From Verrucomicrobiales bacterium (GTDB lineage: Bacteria; Verrucomicrobiota; Verrucomicrobiia; Verrucomicrobiales; SLCJ01): a DNA stretch of 64,000 nt. Below are positions 9,209 to 18,931 of the stretch, one piece after another. The position numbers were made by a program, and so were the translations under genes. Each line of letters starts with the position of its first letter. Positions within the stretch are counted from its first letter, which is position 1. The DNA lies in contig JBJTQJ010000082.1 in assembly GCA_046075565.1 (NCBI GenBank), positions 40,369 to 104,368 on the forward strand. Reading direction: 5' to 3'. The notes below the pieces were generated by a model. It was given only the letters and a program-made list of their open reading frames with translations, made no database searches and was not told the DNA's origin.

Positions 9209-10246
9209 ATGAACGACCTGATCGATATCCTGAATGCCGGCGGCGACCTCTCGGCCGAACAAACCGCGGCCGCGGCGCACGCCCTGCTGGATCCAGAGCG
9301 CACGGATGCAGGGCGGGCCGATTTCCTGCGGGCGCTTTCCCGCAAAGGGGAAACCCCGGTTGAGATCGAGGCCTTCGCGAGGGTTTTTCTCGATCACGCG
9401 GTGAATCCCGATCTGCGGGAAGAGGACTTGCCTGGCCCGATGCTTGATATCGTGGGCACGGGTGGCGATCGGCTGAATCTTTTCAATGTGAGCACGACAA
9501 GCATGTTCGTCCTCGCAGGAGGCGGAGTCTGTGTGGTGAAACATGGCAACCGCGCCATCACTTCGAAAAGCGGCGGTGCCGATGTGCTGGAAGCACTCGG
9601 GGTGAAGATCGATCTGCCACCCGAGCGCCTGGCCGAAGGTGTGAAATCCGCCGGACTGGGTTTCCTTTTCGCCCCGCTCTATCACCCTGCTTTTAAAATG
9701 GTCGGACCGGCCAGAAAGATGCTCGCCGAAGAAGGAACGCGGACAATTTTCAACTTGCTCGGTCCCTTGTTGAATCCGGCGCGCCCGCCCCGCCAACTCA
9801 TCGGTGTGGCCGAAGCCTGGTTGGGACCGATTTTCGCCAATCAAATGGAGCGGCTCGGGCGGGAATCGGCGTGGATTGTCCATGGCCGCACCAATGATGA
9901 TTGCGGGATGGATGAGGTTTCGCTGGTCGGCCCGACGCAGGTCTGGCAATGGAATGGCCGCGCTCATTCCGAAGCGACGATCTATCCATGGCAGTTCGAA
10001 CTCGACGGTTGCGCGCTTGAGGAATTGCGCGGAGCGGATGCCGCCACGAATGCCGGCATCACTCGCGGGATTCTTGATGGTTCCATCCGTGATGGTCGCC
10101 GGCGAATGGTTGTTTTCAATTCCGCTGCCGGGTTTGTCGCCGCCGGATTGGCCAAAGATATTTCGGCCGGGCTCGCGCTGGCCCGCAAGTCCATCGACTC
10201 GGGCGCCGCCGAGAAGAAACTCGCCGCGCTGGTTGCTCTATCTTGA
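9209..10246 (+). CDS. trpD: Anthranilate phosphoribosyltransferase
   Basis: DIVGTGGD, FNVST, KHGNRAITSKSGGADVLEALG, RTIFNLLGPL. Confidence 0.96.
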   Translation: MNDLIDILNAGGDLSAEQTAAAAHALLDPERTDAGRADFLRALSRKGETPVEIEAFARVFLDHAVNPDLREEDLPGPMLDIVGTGGDRLNLFNVSTTSMFVLAGGGVCVVKHGNRAITSKSGGADVLEALGVKIDLPPERLAEGVKSAGLGFLFAPLYHPAFKMVGPARKMLAEEGTRTIFNLLGPLLNPARPPRQLIGVAEAWLGPIFANQMERLGRESAWIVHGRTNDDCGMDEVSLVGPTQVWQWNGRAHSEATIYPWQFELDGCALEELRGADAATNAGITRGILDGSIRDGRRRMVVFNSAAGFVAAGLAKDISAGLALARKSIDSGAAEKKLAALVALS

Positions 10247-10283
10247 ATTTCCTCGATTCTCCACGAAATTGTCTCTCCACGAT

Positions 10284-11375
10284 ATGCAAAGTCCTAAAGA
10301 AACGCCTTTGAAAGAAGCCCACGTGGCCGCAGGAGCCCGCCTCATTGATTTCGCCGGATGGCTCATGCCGGTCCAATACACGGGCATCCGCGAGGAACAC
10401 CTCGCCGTGCGTTCGAAGTCCGGTATCTTCGACATCTCGCACATGGGTCAGTTTTTTGTCGAAGGCCCGGGCGCGCGCGACTTTCTCAACCGTCTCCTAA
10501 CAAACGATCTTACCACACTTGATCCCGGCCAGGGACAATACACTCTCATGCTGAATGAAAAGGGCGGGGTGATTGATGATCTCATCGCCTATCGTCTCGG
10601 CGAGGAAAATTGGTTCCTCGTGGTCAATGCCTCGATGATCGATGTGGATGCCGCGTGGATGAAATCGCATCTTTCCGGTGATGGTGTGGTTTTCCGCAAC
10701 GAAAGTGATGCGTGGGCGGGATTGGCCGTGCAAGGCCCGGAAGCGGTCGCCGCTTTTGAGGCGGTGGTCGCCGGCCAGCTCGCCTTGCCTCCGCGCAATG
10801 GCATTGCCCGCGGGGATGTCGGCGGGGACAATGTGGTCGTATGCCGCACCGGCTACACCGGCGAGGACGGGTTCGAATTTTTCTGCCCGGCCGCCCATGC
10901 TCGCCGTTGGTGGGATGCCTTCCTTGCCGCCGGTGTCGCGCCCTGCGGACTCGGTGCCCGCGACACGCTGCGTCTCGAGATGGGCTTCCCGCTCAATGGC
11001 AATGATCTTTCGCCCGACCGCACGCCGCTCGAAGCGGGATTGAAAATTTTCGTCAAGATGGACAAACCGTCATTCATCGGACGTGACGTGCTGTCCGGGC
11101 AATTGGAGAACGGCCTGCCGACACGTTTGGCGGCAATCAAGGTTGTCGAAAAGGCCCCGCCGCCGCGCCCGCATTACCCCGTGCTGCACGAGGGTGTGGT
11201 TGTGGGCGAACTCGCCAGCGGCGGACTCGCCCCGAGCCTCGATGGGGTCGGCATCGGCATGGCCTATTTGCCTCCCGAACTCGCCACCCCCGGCACCAAA
11301 CTCGCCATCGACGTGCGCGGCCGCGCCATCGCCATCGAAGTGGTGAAGAAACCATTTTACAAACGCCCCGCCTGA
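10284..11375 (+). CDS. gcvT: Glycine cleavage aminomethyltransferase T
   Basis: FAGWLMPVQY, FDISHMG, RTGYTGEDGFE, GLGARDTLRLEMG. Confidence 0.96.
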   Translation: MQSPKETPLKEAHVAAGARLIDFAGWLMPVQYTGIREEHLAVRSKSGIFDISHMGQFFVEGPGARDFLNRLLTNDLTTLDPGQGQYTLMLNEKGGVIDDLIAYRLGEENWFLVVNASMIDVDAAWMKSHLSGDGVVFRNESDAWAGLAVQGPEAVAAFEAVVAGQLALPPRNGIARGDVGGDNVVVCRTGYTGEDGFEFFCPAAHARRWWDAFLAAGVAPCGLGARDTLRLEMGFPLNGNDLSPDRTPLEAGLKIFVKMDKPSFIGRDVLSGQLENGLPTRLAAIKVVEKAPPPRPHYPVLHEGVVVGELASGGLAPSLDGVGIGMAYLPPELATPGTKLAIDVRGRAIAIEVVKKPFYKRPA

Positions 11376-11395
11376 TCGTGTAGTTTCCGACCATC

Positions 11396-11770
11396 ATGAG
11401 CATCCCGACCGATCTCCGCTACGCCAAATCGCACGAATGGGTCCGCCTCGAAGGCGACACTGCCACTGTCGGCATCACCGATCACGCCCAGGCGGAATTG
11501 ACCGATGTCGTTTTCGTCGAATTGCCCGACGTCGGGCGTGCCGTCGAAGCCGGTGATCCCTCGGCGGTCGTCGAGTCGGTCAAAGCCGCCAGCGATATTT
11601 ATTCGCCCGTGGCTGGCGAGATCATCGAGGTGAATACAGCCCTCGAAAGCAATCCCGCCCTCCTCAATACCGACCCACACGGCGAAGGCTGGATCTACAA
11701 ATTGCGCGTCAGCGGCGATGTGCCCGCCGACCTCATGGATGCCGCCGGCTACGAGGCGTTCATCGGCTAA
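11396..11770 (+). CDS. gcvH: Glycine cleavage H protein
   Basis: [24 protein letters not shown] (lipoyl Lys). Confidence 0.97.
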   Translation: MSIPTDLRYAKSHEWVRLEGDTATVGITDHAQAELTDVVFVELPDVGRAVEAGDPSAVVESVKAASDIYSPVAGEIIEVNTALESNPALLNTDPHGEGWIYKLRVSGDVPADLMDAAGYEAFIG

Positions 11771-11842
11771 GCCGTGGTGCCTCAACGCTGGTCACTTGGC
11801 ACAAAGATCGAGATCGCTGACCGTCTTTAGCTTCTTCGAATC

Positions 11843-11980
11843 ATCCCTGCGGGGCAAGAGCGAGACGCTCTTGCTACGATGGACATGGCCGATCAAGGGG
11901 ATTTCGTCTGCGAGCATCCACTGGCACAGTAGCAAGACCGTCCCGGTCTTGCCCTGAATATTGGTCTTCATTCGTTGAAT
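11843..11980. repeat. GTAG-type REP doublet (GTAGCAAGAGCGTCTCGCTCTTGCCC family), copy 1
   Basis: Arms 11852-11877 and 11929-11954; homologous to 17633-17799, 22236-22337, 45770-45913. Confidence 0.88.
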
Positions 11981-12006
11981 CTGGCGCGAGACATGCCAGA
12001 CAGGGT

Positions 12007-12408
12007 TCAATCCTCCCCGGGCCGCCTGCGCCCGGCTTTGGTTTGCGAGCGGTGTTGCTTGGCCTCGCGGCGACGGCGTTTTTCGCCGGGCGAGGGTCTT
12101 CGGGTTTCCACCCGTTTGAGGGCGCGCAGGCGTTGACGTTCGAGGCGGGCGGCCTCGGCGATTTCCTCGAAGCGCTGGCAGAGGATTTCCCTCGCCCGGA
12201 TGCGGTTCGCTTCCCGGAAACGCGATTCCTGGCATCGCGATTCCTGACCGCTCGGCCGGTGCAAAATGCGCACGCACACACTGGTCTTGTTGATCTTTTG
12301 CCCGCCCGGCCCGCTGCCCAGGGTGAATTGTTCCTCCAAGTCCTCCTCGCGCAGACCGACGGCAGCCATACGCTTCAACAAGGCGGAAGGTGGAAATGCT
12401 TCGGGCAT
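12007..12408 (-). CDS. arfB: Peptidyl-tRNA hydrolase / ribosome rescue factor, ArfB-like
   Basis: GSGPGGQKINKT GGQ motif; short protein with a basic C-terminal tail. Confidence 0.8.
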   Translation of the reverse strand: MPEAFPPSALLKRMAAVGLREEDLEEQFTLGSGPGGQKINKTSVCVRILHRPSGQESRCQESRFREANRIRAREILCQRFEEIAEAARLERQRLRALKRVETRRPSPGEKRRRREAKQHRSQTKAGRRRPGED

Positions 12409-12578
12409 GACAAAGGGAGGAGGAACCACTCCATGCCATGGAATCAGACCGGGTGCAATGGCGGAGTTGGATCAGGGTTTTCACGATGACGATGCGCGCT
12501 TGAAGAAATCACCAAAATCGCAACCCTCCCGGAAGATTTTTCTCGCCATGAGGTGGCCAATCATCATAGAATCGCACC

Positions 12579-12749
12579 ATGGAAACCGTGCAAGTGCAAT
12601 GTCCGAGTTGCTACGAGTTCTTCGAGGTGGTGGTTCCACCGCCGGAAGAACAACCGTGTGAGCTCGACTACGACTGCGAGGTCTGCTGTCATCCCATGGT
12701 CCTGCGGATTTCCGCCGACCTGGCCGAGGCACACGGGCTCGCGGAATGA
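12579..12749 (+). CDS. CPXCG-type cysteine-rich small protein (56 aa, not in ORF track)
   Basis: METVQVQCPSCYEFFEVVVPPPEEQPCELDYDCEVCCHPMVLRISADLAEAHGLAE; CPxC...DCEVCC.P pattern. Confidence 0.85.
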   Translation: METVQVQCPSCYEFFEVVVPPPEEQPCELDYDCEVCCHPMVLRISADLAEAHGLAE

Positions 12750-12828
12750 CGTTCTCTATCGTTTCCCGCCCGACTCCCGGTCGAAATGACCGGACTTGCT
12801 GGACGGTTGATACGGTTTAGATTGGGGC

Positions 12829-13425
12829 ATGCCCAAGCTCAAGCTTCTGCTGGAAAACAACCGTCAATGGTCGGAGAAGGTCCGGAGGGAGGATCCGGAA
12901 TTCTTCCCCACCCTCTCCGCCCAGCAGAGCCCGCGTTACCTCTGGATCGGTTGCGCCGACAGCCGCGTGCCCGCCAACGAGATCGTCGGGCTCAAGCCCG
13001 GCGAGTTGTTCGTGCACCGCAACGTCGCCAATATCGTCGTGCACACCGACTTGAACTGCCTCAGCGTCCTCCAATACGCCGTCGATGTCTTGAAGGTCGA
13101 GTGTGTGCTGGTGACCGGCCACTACGGCTGCGGGGGTGTCAAAGCCGCCCTCGAGAACGCGCAGCTTGGGCTGATCGACAACTGGCTGCGGCACATCCAG
13201 GATATCGCGCAAAAACACGCTGCCGAGCTTGATGCTCTGGAAGGCGGTAAAAAAGTGGATCGTCTGTGCGAACTGAACGTGCTCGAACAAGTGGACAATC
13301 TCGCGCGCACAACCATCCTGCGCGATGCCTGGGCCCGCGGACAGGACATCACGGTGGCCGGTTGCATTTACAGTCTCAAGGATGGCTTGCTGCGCGATCT
13401 CGGCGTGCGGCGGAATGCGATTTGA
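12829..13425 (+). CDS. can: Beta-class carbonic anhydrase
   Basis: [25 protein letters not shown] zinc ligands. Confidence 0.96.
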   Translation: MPKLKLLLENNRQWSEKVRREDPEFFPTLSAQQSPRYLWIGCADSRVPANEIVGLKPGELFVHRNVANIVVHTDLNCLSVLQYAVDVLKVECVLVTGHYGCGGVKAALENAQLGLIDNWLRHIQDIAQKHAAELDALEGGKKVDRLCELNVLEQVDNLARTTILRDAWARGQDITVAGCIYSLKDGLLRDLGVRRNAI

Positions 13426-13470
13426 TCCGGATTCCCGTGACAGATGGGGATTTCGTAGCATTTTATCCCC

Positions 13471-14673
13471 ATGCGTGCTCGTTTGCTTTCCCTGACCCTC
13501 CTGCTTTTTTGGGGTTGCCTGCCGCTGTGGGCCAATCCTCCGGCGAATTTCCCCCCGGTGCCTGAATCACAGGCAGCTCCGGCCGTGCACCCCGGTGTCA
13601 AAATGGCGGAGGCCGTCAGCGCGACCACCGGCCTGGCCATTTCCCCATTGTTCGGGATGGGCGCGGTCGGCGCGTGGCAATACGCACACTGTGCCAAAGA
13701 AGCCCGTGCCGCCTTGCCATGGCACGCGCATCCATGGTTCTGGGTCACCGCACTGGTCATCGTCGGAGTGCTGGCGCTCAAAGAACCCGTGCTCTACTTT
13801 TTGCCCGGGGCCAAGAAGCCTCTCGATCTGCTGGAGGTTTTGGAAAACAAAGCCAGCATGCTCGTGGCCGCGCCCATCGTCTTGCATCTGGCCGAAAAGA
13901 GCTTCCGTGAAGCAGCGGCCGCACCCACCGGAGTGGTCGCGGCCGGATTCGATGCGGGACCCGTCGCACTGACCGTGCTGGGTTCAATCGGGTTGCTCTG
14001 CATTTTCTTTTGCGTCTGGATGGCCGCCCATGCCGTGAACATGCTCATCCTGCTCAGTCCTTCGGCCACCCTCGACATGATGTTGCGCGGCTTCCGCACC
14101 AGCATCCTCGGCGGTGTCGCCGTTTCGGCCTGGGTCAATCCATGGCTCGGCCTCATCGTCGCCATTTTGGTCATCCTGCTGGCCATCCGGCTTTCCGGTT
14201 GGTCGTTCCGGCTCATGGTCTATGGCAGCACGGTGGCGTGGGATTTCACCAGCGGCCGCCGCGTGAAAGAACCCGATGCCAAAGGCCGGATGCGTGCCTT
14301 CCTCAACCGCGCCAGCAAAGACTTGCCGCGCCGCAGCCGCGGATGGCTCCATCTCGGCACCACCGGCGAAGTCACCTTCACCGGGCGCGCTTTGCCGTGG
14401 ATGCCTGCGCGAATCATCACCATTCCCGCCAGCGAAGCGAGGATCGTGGAAACCCTCACGGGTCCCGATCTCGTCGTCGCGCAACCGATGCCGGCAACCT
14501 TGCTCGTCCTTCCGCCGCGTTACCGCGGAGCGGAAGAATCAATCGCCCGTGCCCTCGGAATCAGCGTGGGTGAAGCGGGGGCGTTCGCACGCGCCTGGCA
14601 ATCCGCCACCGGATGGTTGCGCCTTACCCTCGGCTCCGCCCCGGCACCGCGAGGTCCGGAGCCGATCACGTGA
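13471..14673 (+). CDS. Hypothetical multi-pass membrane protein
   Basis: 400-aa ORF with signal-like N-terminus and several hydrophobic helices. Confidence 0.7.
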   Translation: MRARLLSLTLLLFWGCLPLWANPPANFPPVPESQAAPAVHPGVKMAEAVSATTGLAISPLFGMGAVGAWQYAHCAKEARAALPWHAHPWFWVTALVIVGVLALKEPVLYFLPGAKKPLDLLEVLENKASMLVAAPIVLHLAEKSFREAAAAPTGVVAAGFDAGPVALTVLGSIGLLCIFFCVWMAAHAVNMLILLSPSATLDMMLRGFRTSILGGVAVSAWVNPWLGLIVAILVILLAIRLSGWSFRLMVYGSTVAWDFTSGRRVKEPDAKGRMRAFLNRASKDLPRRSRGWLHLGTTGEVTFTGRALPWMPARIITIPASEARIVETLTGPDLVVAQPMPATLLVLPPRYRGAEESIARALGISVGEAGAFARAWQSATGWLRLTLGSAPAPRGPEPIT

Positions 14674-14774
14674 TCCATGCGCCCATGCCATCTCTTTTGT
14701 AAACGGATTTCCAGCGATCCGCCACTCCATAGCTCAAGGCAAGCCCGACCAAGATTCAGCACCCATTGATAGCC

Positions 14775-16151
14775 ATGAACCAAAACCTGATTACCACCAC
14801 GACAAGGCGCTCCTTTCTCAGGCAAAGTGCCGCCGCCCTCACTGTTCCCTTCGCGGCGCCGCTCATCCTGGCCGAGCCTGTCACCGGAGCGAATGCGAAA
14901 CTCAACCTCGCATGGGTCGGTATCGGCAATCAGGGAGGGGGCGATCTCAGGAGTTGCGCCGATGGCAACAACATCGTCGCACTTTGCGACTGCGACCCGA
15001 GCACGTGGCCTAAAATGCAGGAGAAATTCCCGCAGTCGAAGTTCTACAAGGACTTCCGCATCATGCTCGCGGAAATGGGCGACAAGATCGACGCGGTGGG
15101 CGTCGGCACACCAGACCACACCCACTTTGCCGTTGCCTACATGGCCATGAGCATGGGCAAACACGTCTTCGTCCAGAAGCCACTGGTGCATTCGTTATGG
15201 CAAGCCCGCACGTTGCAAAAACTCGCCGCTGAGAAGAACCTCATCACCCAGATGGGTAACCAGGGCCACGCCTCCGAAGGCGCGCGGCTGATCAAAGAAT
15301 GGTATCAGGCCGGCCTCGTTGGAGAGGTCCGCGAGGTCATTGCATGGACCAATCGTCCGAAAGGCGGATGGGGCTTCAATGGCACTTTAAAGACCGAATT
15401 TCCCGCCGAAGAACCTCTTCCCGAAGGCTTGGACTGGGACATATGGCTCGGTCCGGTTGAGAAGAAGGTCCACTTCAGCAAGTTCCTTCATCCGACCACG
15501 TGGCGTCCTTGGTGGGATTTCGGCTGCGGCGGACTCGGCGACATCGGTTGCCACACCATCGACACCGCCTACTGGGCGCTCGATCTCGGTGCTCCCGAAA
15601 GTGTGGATGTCGAGATGCATGGCGAGGTCAACCCCATCCACACCGCGTTTGGCTCGATCGTCACCTTCAATTTCCCGGCGCGCGGCAACAAGCCTCCGGT
15701 GAAGGTCAAATGGTATGAAGGACCCAGCGCTCCCCAAGCGCCTGCTGGTTATGATGGCCCCATGGGTGGCGAAGGTGGCATGATCATGATCGGTGAAAAC
15801 GGCGGCATCTGCCACGCGGGCATGCGCCCCGACCGTCCGCAACTCTATCCCAACCAGAAGTGGGAAGAATACCGCGCCAACGCTGACAAACGTGTGCCCA
15901 AAACCATTCCTCGGGTCAAGGGCATTCACCGGGATTGGATTGAATCGGTGCGCAACGGCACGCCAGCTTGTTCGGATTTCAGCTACTCCGGCCCGATGAC
16001 CGAAGCCATTCTGCTCGGCGCACTCGCCATCCGCACCGGCAAACCCCTCAAGTGGAATGCCGAAACCATGGAAATCACGGGAAATCCCGAGGCAGCAAAT
16101 CTCATCAACCCCCAAGCCCGCAAAGGCTGGCGTCCAGAAGATCTGGTGTAG
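14775..16151 (+). CDS. Tat-exported Gfo/Idh/MocA oxidoreductase
   Basis: TRRSFL twin-arginine signal; VGIGNQG, TPDHTH, VFVQKPL, GDIGCHTID. Confidence 0.92.
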   Translation: MNQNLITTTTRRSFLRQSAAALTVPFAAPLILAEPVTGANAKLNLAWVGIGNQGGGDLRSCADGNNIVALCDCDPSTWPKMQEKFPQSKFYKDFRIMLAEMGDKIDAVGVGTPDHTHFAVAYMAMSMGKHVFVQKPLVHSLWQARTLQKLAAEKNLITQMGNQGHASEGARLIKEWYQAGLVGEVREVIAWTNRPKGGWGFNGTLKTEFPAEEPLPEGLDWDIWLGPVEKKVHFSKFLHPTTWRPWWDFGCGGLGDIGCHTIDTAYWALDLGAPESVDVEMHGEVNPIHTAFGSIVTFNFPARGNKPPVKVKWYEGPSAPQAPAGYDGPMGGEGGMIMIGENGGICHAGMRPDRPQLYPNQKWEEYRANADKRVPKTIPRVKGIHRDWIESVRNGTPACSDFSYSGPMTEAILLGALAIRTGKPLKWNAETMEITGNPEAANLINPQARKGWRPEDLV

Positions 16152-16319
16152 GGCGATCTACACCGGTAAACGATGGGTGGCCATTCCAAACATGCGACTG
16201 CTCGTTTGGCCTGAGAATTTGCAGCGTTGATGGTGCTACGGGAAGGTTATATGACTTTAATGGCGAGCTTTTTACTTCGAGCTTGCAGCTCGAGCCGGAG
16301 TGACAGAAAAGCAAACGAA

Positions 16320-16475
16320 GAAAATTCTGCCGTGTCCGAAAGGTCCGAATCGTCCGAAGAGGTGGCGAGCCGCAATCCGCTGAGAGAACCGGAGGAGTTT
16401 TGGCAGAAAGATGTGGGGCAAAAAGATGGATAGAATGGCGGAAAAGTTGCCACCGGCAAGATGCCGCTGGTACAC
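16320..16475. repeat. Cluster of repeat fragments (GTCCGA tandem, GGCAGAAAGATG arm, CACCGGCAAGATGCC hairpin)
   Basis: tggcagaaagatgtggggcaaaaagatgg at 16401 matches 46600-46628. Confidence 0.55.
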
Positions 16476-16640
16476 TCCCGAAGGGGAGAACGGGCGCGGT
16501 GTTACGACAACTCCGGTTGTAGATCAAAGGGTGAAAGGGCGAAATCGAGCCGCTTGCCTTGGAAATCTTTTACTTCCGATCCGAAAGATCCATCTGTGCG
16601 GGCGGGCGGCACGTTTCCTGTCTGTCAACCCCCGCAGATC

Positions 16641-17576
16641 ATGAATCTTCCTACGACCGAACCGCATCCCTCCGCCGAGGCTCTGCTCGCGATTTGTCAT
16701 TTTGCCGCCTTCGCCGATGGCGAGAAGTCGGAGAGCGAACGCGCGCGTCTCGATGCCCTTGCCCGCGAGCTGGGTGAATCGGATGTATCCTCGATCTCCA
16801 GGCGAATTCTGATGGGGCGCTTATCACTCGAGAGCGCCGTGGCCGGATTGGCGAGCCAGGATGATCGTTTGTTGGGCTACGAAATGGCGCGGGTGATTTG
16901 CGAGAGCGGCGGCGACCTCGGGAGCGCCGAAAAGGAATTTCTCTCCGAACTCCGCGTTCGTCTTAGCCTCGGCGAAGCGCAGACTCAAACCATCGACACG
17001 GAGGTGGACGCGGTGGCATTGGCTCCGGTGGAATCAGCCTGGCCGCCTCCCGCCGTCGCCGATCAGAGCGGCATGATTCTCCGTTACTCCGTTCTCAATG
17101 GCGCGCTTGAACTCCTGCCGCAGACCATGGCCACCATGGCCATTCTTCCTCTGCAGATGAAAATGGTCTGGCGCATTGGCAAGGCGTTTGGCCATGAACT
17201 GGATCGTTCGAGCATCAAGGAATTCATCGCCGCCGCCGGCATTGGCATCGGTTCACAGGTCATCGAAGGATTCGCCCGCAAGCTCATCGGCGGATTCGGG
17301 AAAAAACTCGGTGGCAAACTCGTGGGCCGCATCGCCAACGAAGCGACGGGTTCCGCTTTCTCCTTCGCCTCTACCTATGCCATTGGTCATCTGGCAGTGA
17401 AATACTATTCCGGCGGACGCAAACTCGGCGGATCCGAATTGAAAGCGCTCTACACGCCCTTGGCGAGCGAAGCCAAACAGCTCCATGCCCGCTACGCGCC
17501 GGAAATCCAGCAACGCGCCCGCACCCTCGATGCCACCAGCATCATGAACCTCGTCCGCGGCAAGGACGCGGTTTAA
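16641..17576 (+). CDS. TerB-like domain fused to a DUF697/YcjF-like C-terminal domain
   Basis: AAFADGEKSESE TerB-type motif; LPLQMKMVWRIG...STYAIG helical domain. Confidence 0.7.
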   Translation: MNLPTTEPHPSAEALLAICHFAAFADGEKSESERARLDALARELGESDVSSISRRILMGRLSLESAVAGLASQDDRLLGYEMARVICESGGDLGSAEKEFLSELRVRLSLGEAQTQTIDTEVDAVALAPVESAWPPPAVADQSGMILRYSVLNGALELLPQTMATMAILPLQMKMVWRIGKAFGHELDRSSIKEFIAAAGIGIGSQVIEGFARKLIGGFGKKLGGKLVGRIANEATGSAFSFASTYAIGHLAVKYYSGGRKLGGSELKALYTPLASEAKQLHARYAPEIQQRARTLDATSIMNLVRGKDAV

Positions 17577-17632
17577 GCACAACGCTCTTTACTCGGTAAA
17601 CTATCAATGATTGTCTCCTGCTCCATCGCCTT

Positions 17633-17799
17633 ATCCCTGCGGGGCAAGAGCGAGACGCTCTTGCTACGGCGGGCATAGCAAATCAAGGGGATTTCGCCTG
17701 CGGGCATCCTCCGGAGCCGTAGCAAGACCGTTGGAGCCTTCGAAGCCTTGGCGAAGTAGGCCCGGTCTTGCCCAGAAAACTGGTCTCCATTCATTGAAT
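17633..17799. repeat. GTAG-type REP doublet copy 2, with 29-bp insertion in the right arm
   Basis: Aligns to 11843-11980 except for 17732-17760. Confidence 0.88.
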
Positions 17800-17906
17800 T
17801 TTGTCCGGCATAAAGAACCTTAGGTTAGATGGTCTTCAACCAGAAAGAGAAGCGGATGGTTTGACCCGCCCTCGCATTTCTCCGGCAGCCGTGCCATGTT
17901 CGGAGG

Positions 17907-18887
17907 ATGACGCCCATTCACCGCCGCTCGTTGATCGCCCTCGTGGGCGCGACAGCGCTGTGGGGATTGAGTTTTCCTCTCGTAAAATGCCTTTTGTTAG
18001 AACAACAGGCGCTCGCACCCGCTGCCGGAAGCTGGTTTCTCTCCGCATGGGGACTCGCCACACGTTTCCTCCTCGCCGCGCTCGTGCTGCTCCCATGGAT
18101 TCTCAAATCAGGTGTCCGGCCGGATGAGTGGAAGCAAGGGGCGAAACTCGCATTCTGGTGCGGTATTGGCATGTGGTTCCAAGCGGATGGTCTCGCCCAC
18201 ACCGCCGCCTCGACATCTGCTTTCCTCACCCAGGGATACTGTCTTTTGTTGCCGCTGTGGGCGGCTTTCCGGCAGAAAAGGAATCCCGGACTGCGCGCAT
18301 GGGTTGCCGTGGCCATGGTGATCATCGGCGGCGCATGGATCTCGGGCGTGAGCCCAGGAAACCTCCGGCTCGGCCGCGGCGAGATCGAAACCCTGCTGGC
18401 CGCGCTCTTTTTCACCTTCCAGATCCTCGGGCTGGAGGATCCGAAATACCATCACAACCGCGGACTCCAAGTGGCGTTTGTCATGTTCGCCGCCGTGGGC
18501 GCTCTCTTCGTGCCGATCTCCATGGCCACCGCTCCGGCCCTTTCCGATGTGCTCGCGGTGGGTGCGAATACCGATGTGCTCCTTCTCCTCGTCGCGATCA
18601 CGCTATTCTCGACCGTAGGAGCCTACAGCCTCATGATCGGATTCCAACGCGGCGTAACGGCCACCGAAGCCGGCCTCATTTATTGTGGGGAACCGATCTT
18701 CACCGCCCTCAATGTTTTATTCCTGCCCGCGATGCTCGCCGCATGGACGGGCAATGTTTACCCGAATGAGACGTGGACCACCGCGATGATTGGCGGGGGA
18801 TTGCTGATCACCATCGCCAATGTGCTCGTGCAGCTCCGGCCACCAAACGGGAAAGACGGGAGCGAGAAAACCCACCCGCCCGTTTGA
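17907..18887 (+). CDS. DMT/EamA family transporter
   Basis: LWGLSF, RFLLA, about 10 TM helices, EPIF motif. Confidence 0.88.
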   Translation: MTPIHRRSLIALVGATALWGLSFPLVKCLLLEQQALAPAAGSWFLSAWGLATRFLLAALVLLPWILKSGVRPDEWKQGAKLAFWCGIGMWFQADGLAHTAASTSAFLTQGYCLLLPLWAAFRQKRNPGLRAWVAVAMVIIGGAWISGVSPGNLRLGRGEIETLLAALFFTFQILGLEDPKYHHNRGLQVAFVMFAAVGALFVPISMATAPALSDVLAVGANTDVLLLLVAITLFSTVGAYSLMIGFQRGVTATEAGLIYCGEPIFTALNVLFLPAMLAAWTGNVYPNETWTTAMIGGGLLITIANVLVQLRPPNGKDGSEKTHPPV

Positions 18888-18931
18888 TCCGGATGAGTGG
18901 CTAAATCGCCCAGCGCGGTCGAATGACCGCT

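Noticed and set aside
10247-10283. Glycine riboswitch upstream of gcvT
   Set aside because: Only 37 bp separate trpD and gcvT, which leaves no room.
16152-16640. tRNA or structured ncRNA in the long intergenic gap
   Set aside because: No T-loop/cloverleaf or recognisable RNA motif by eye; part of it is repeat fragments. An Rfam scan would settle it.
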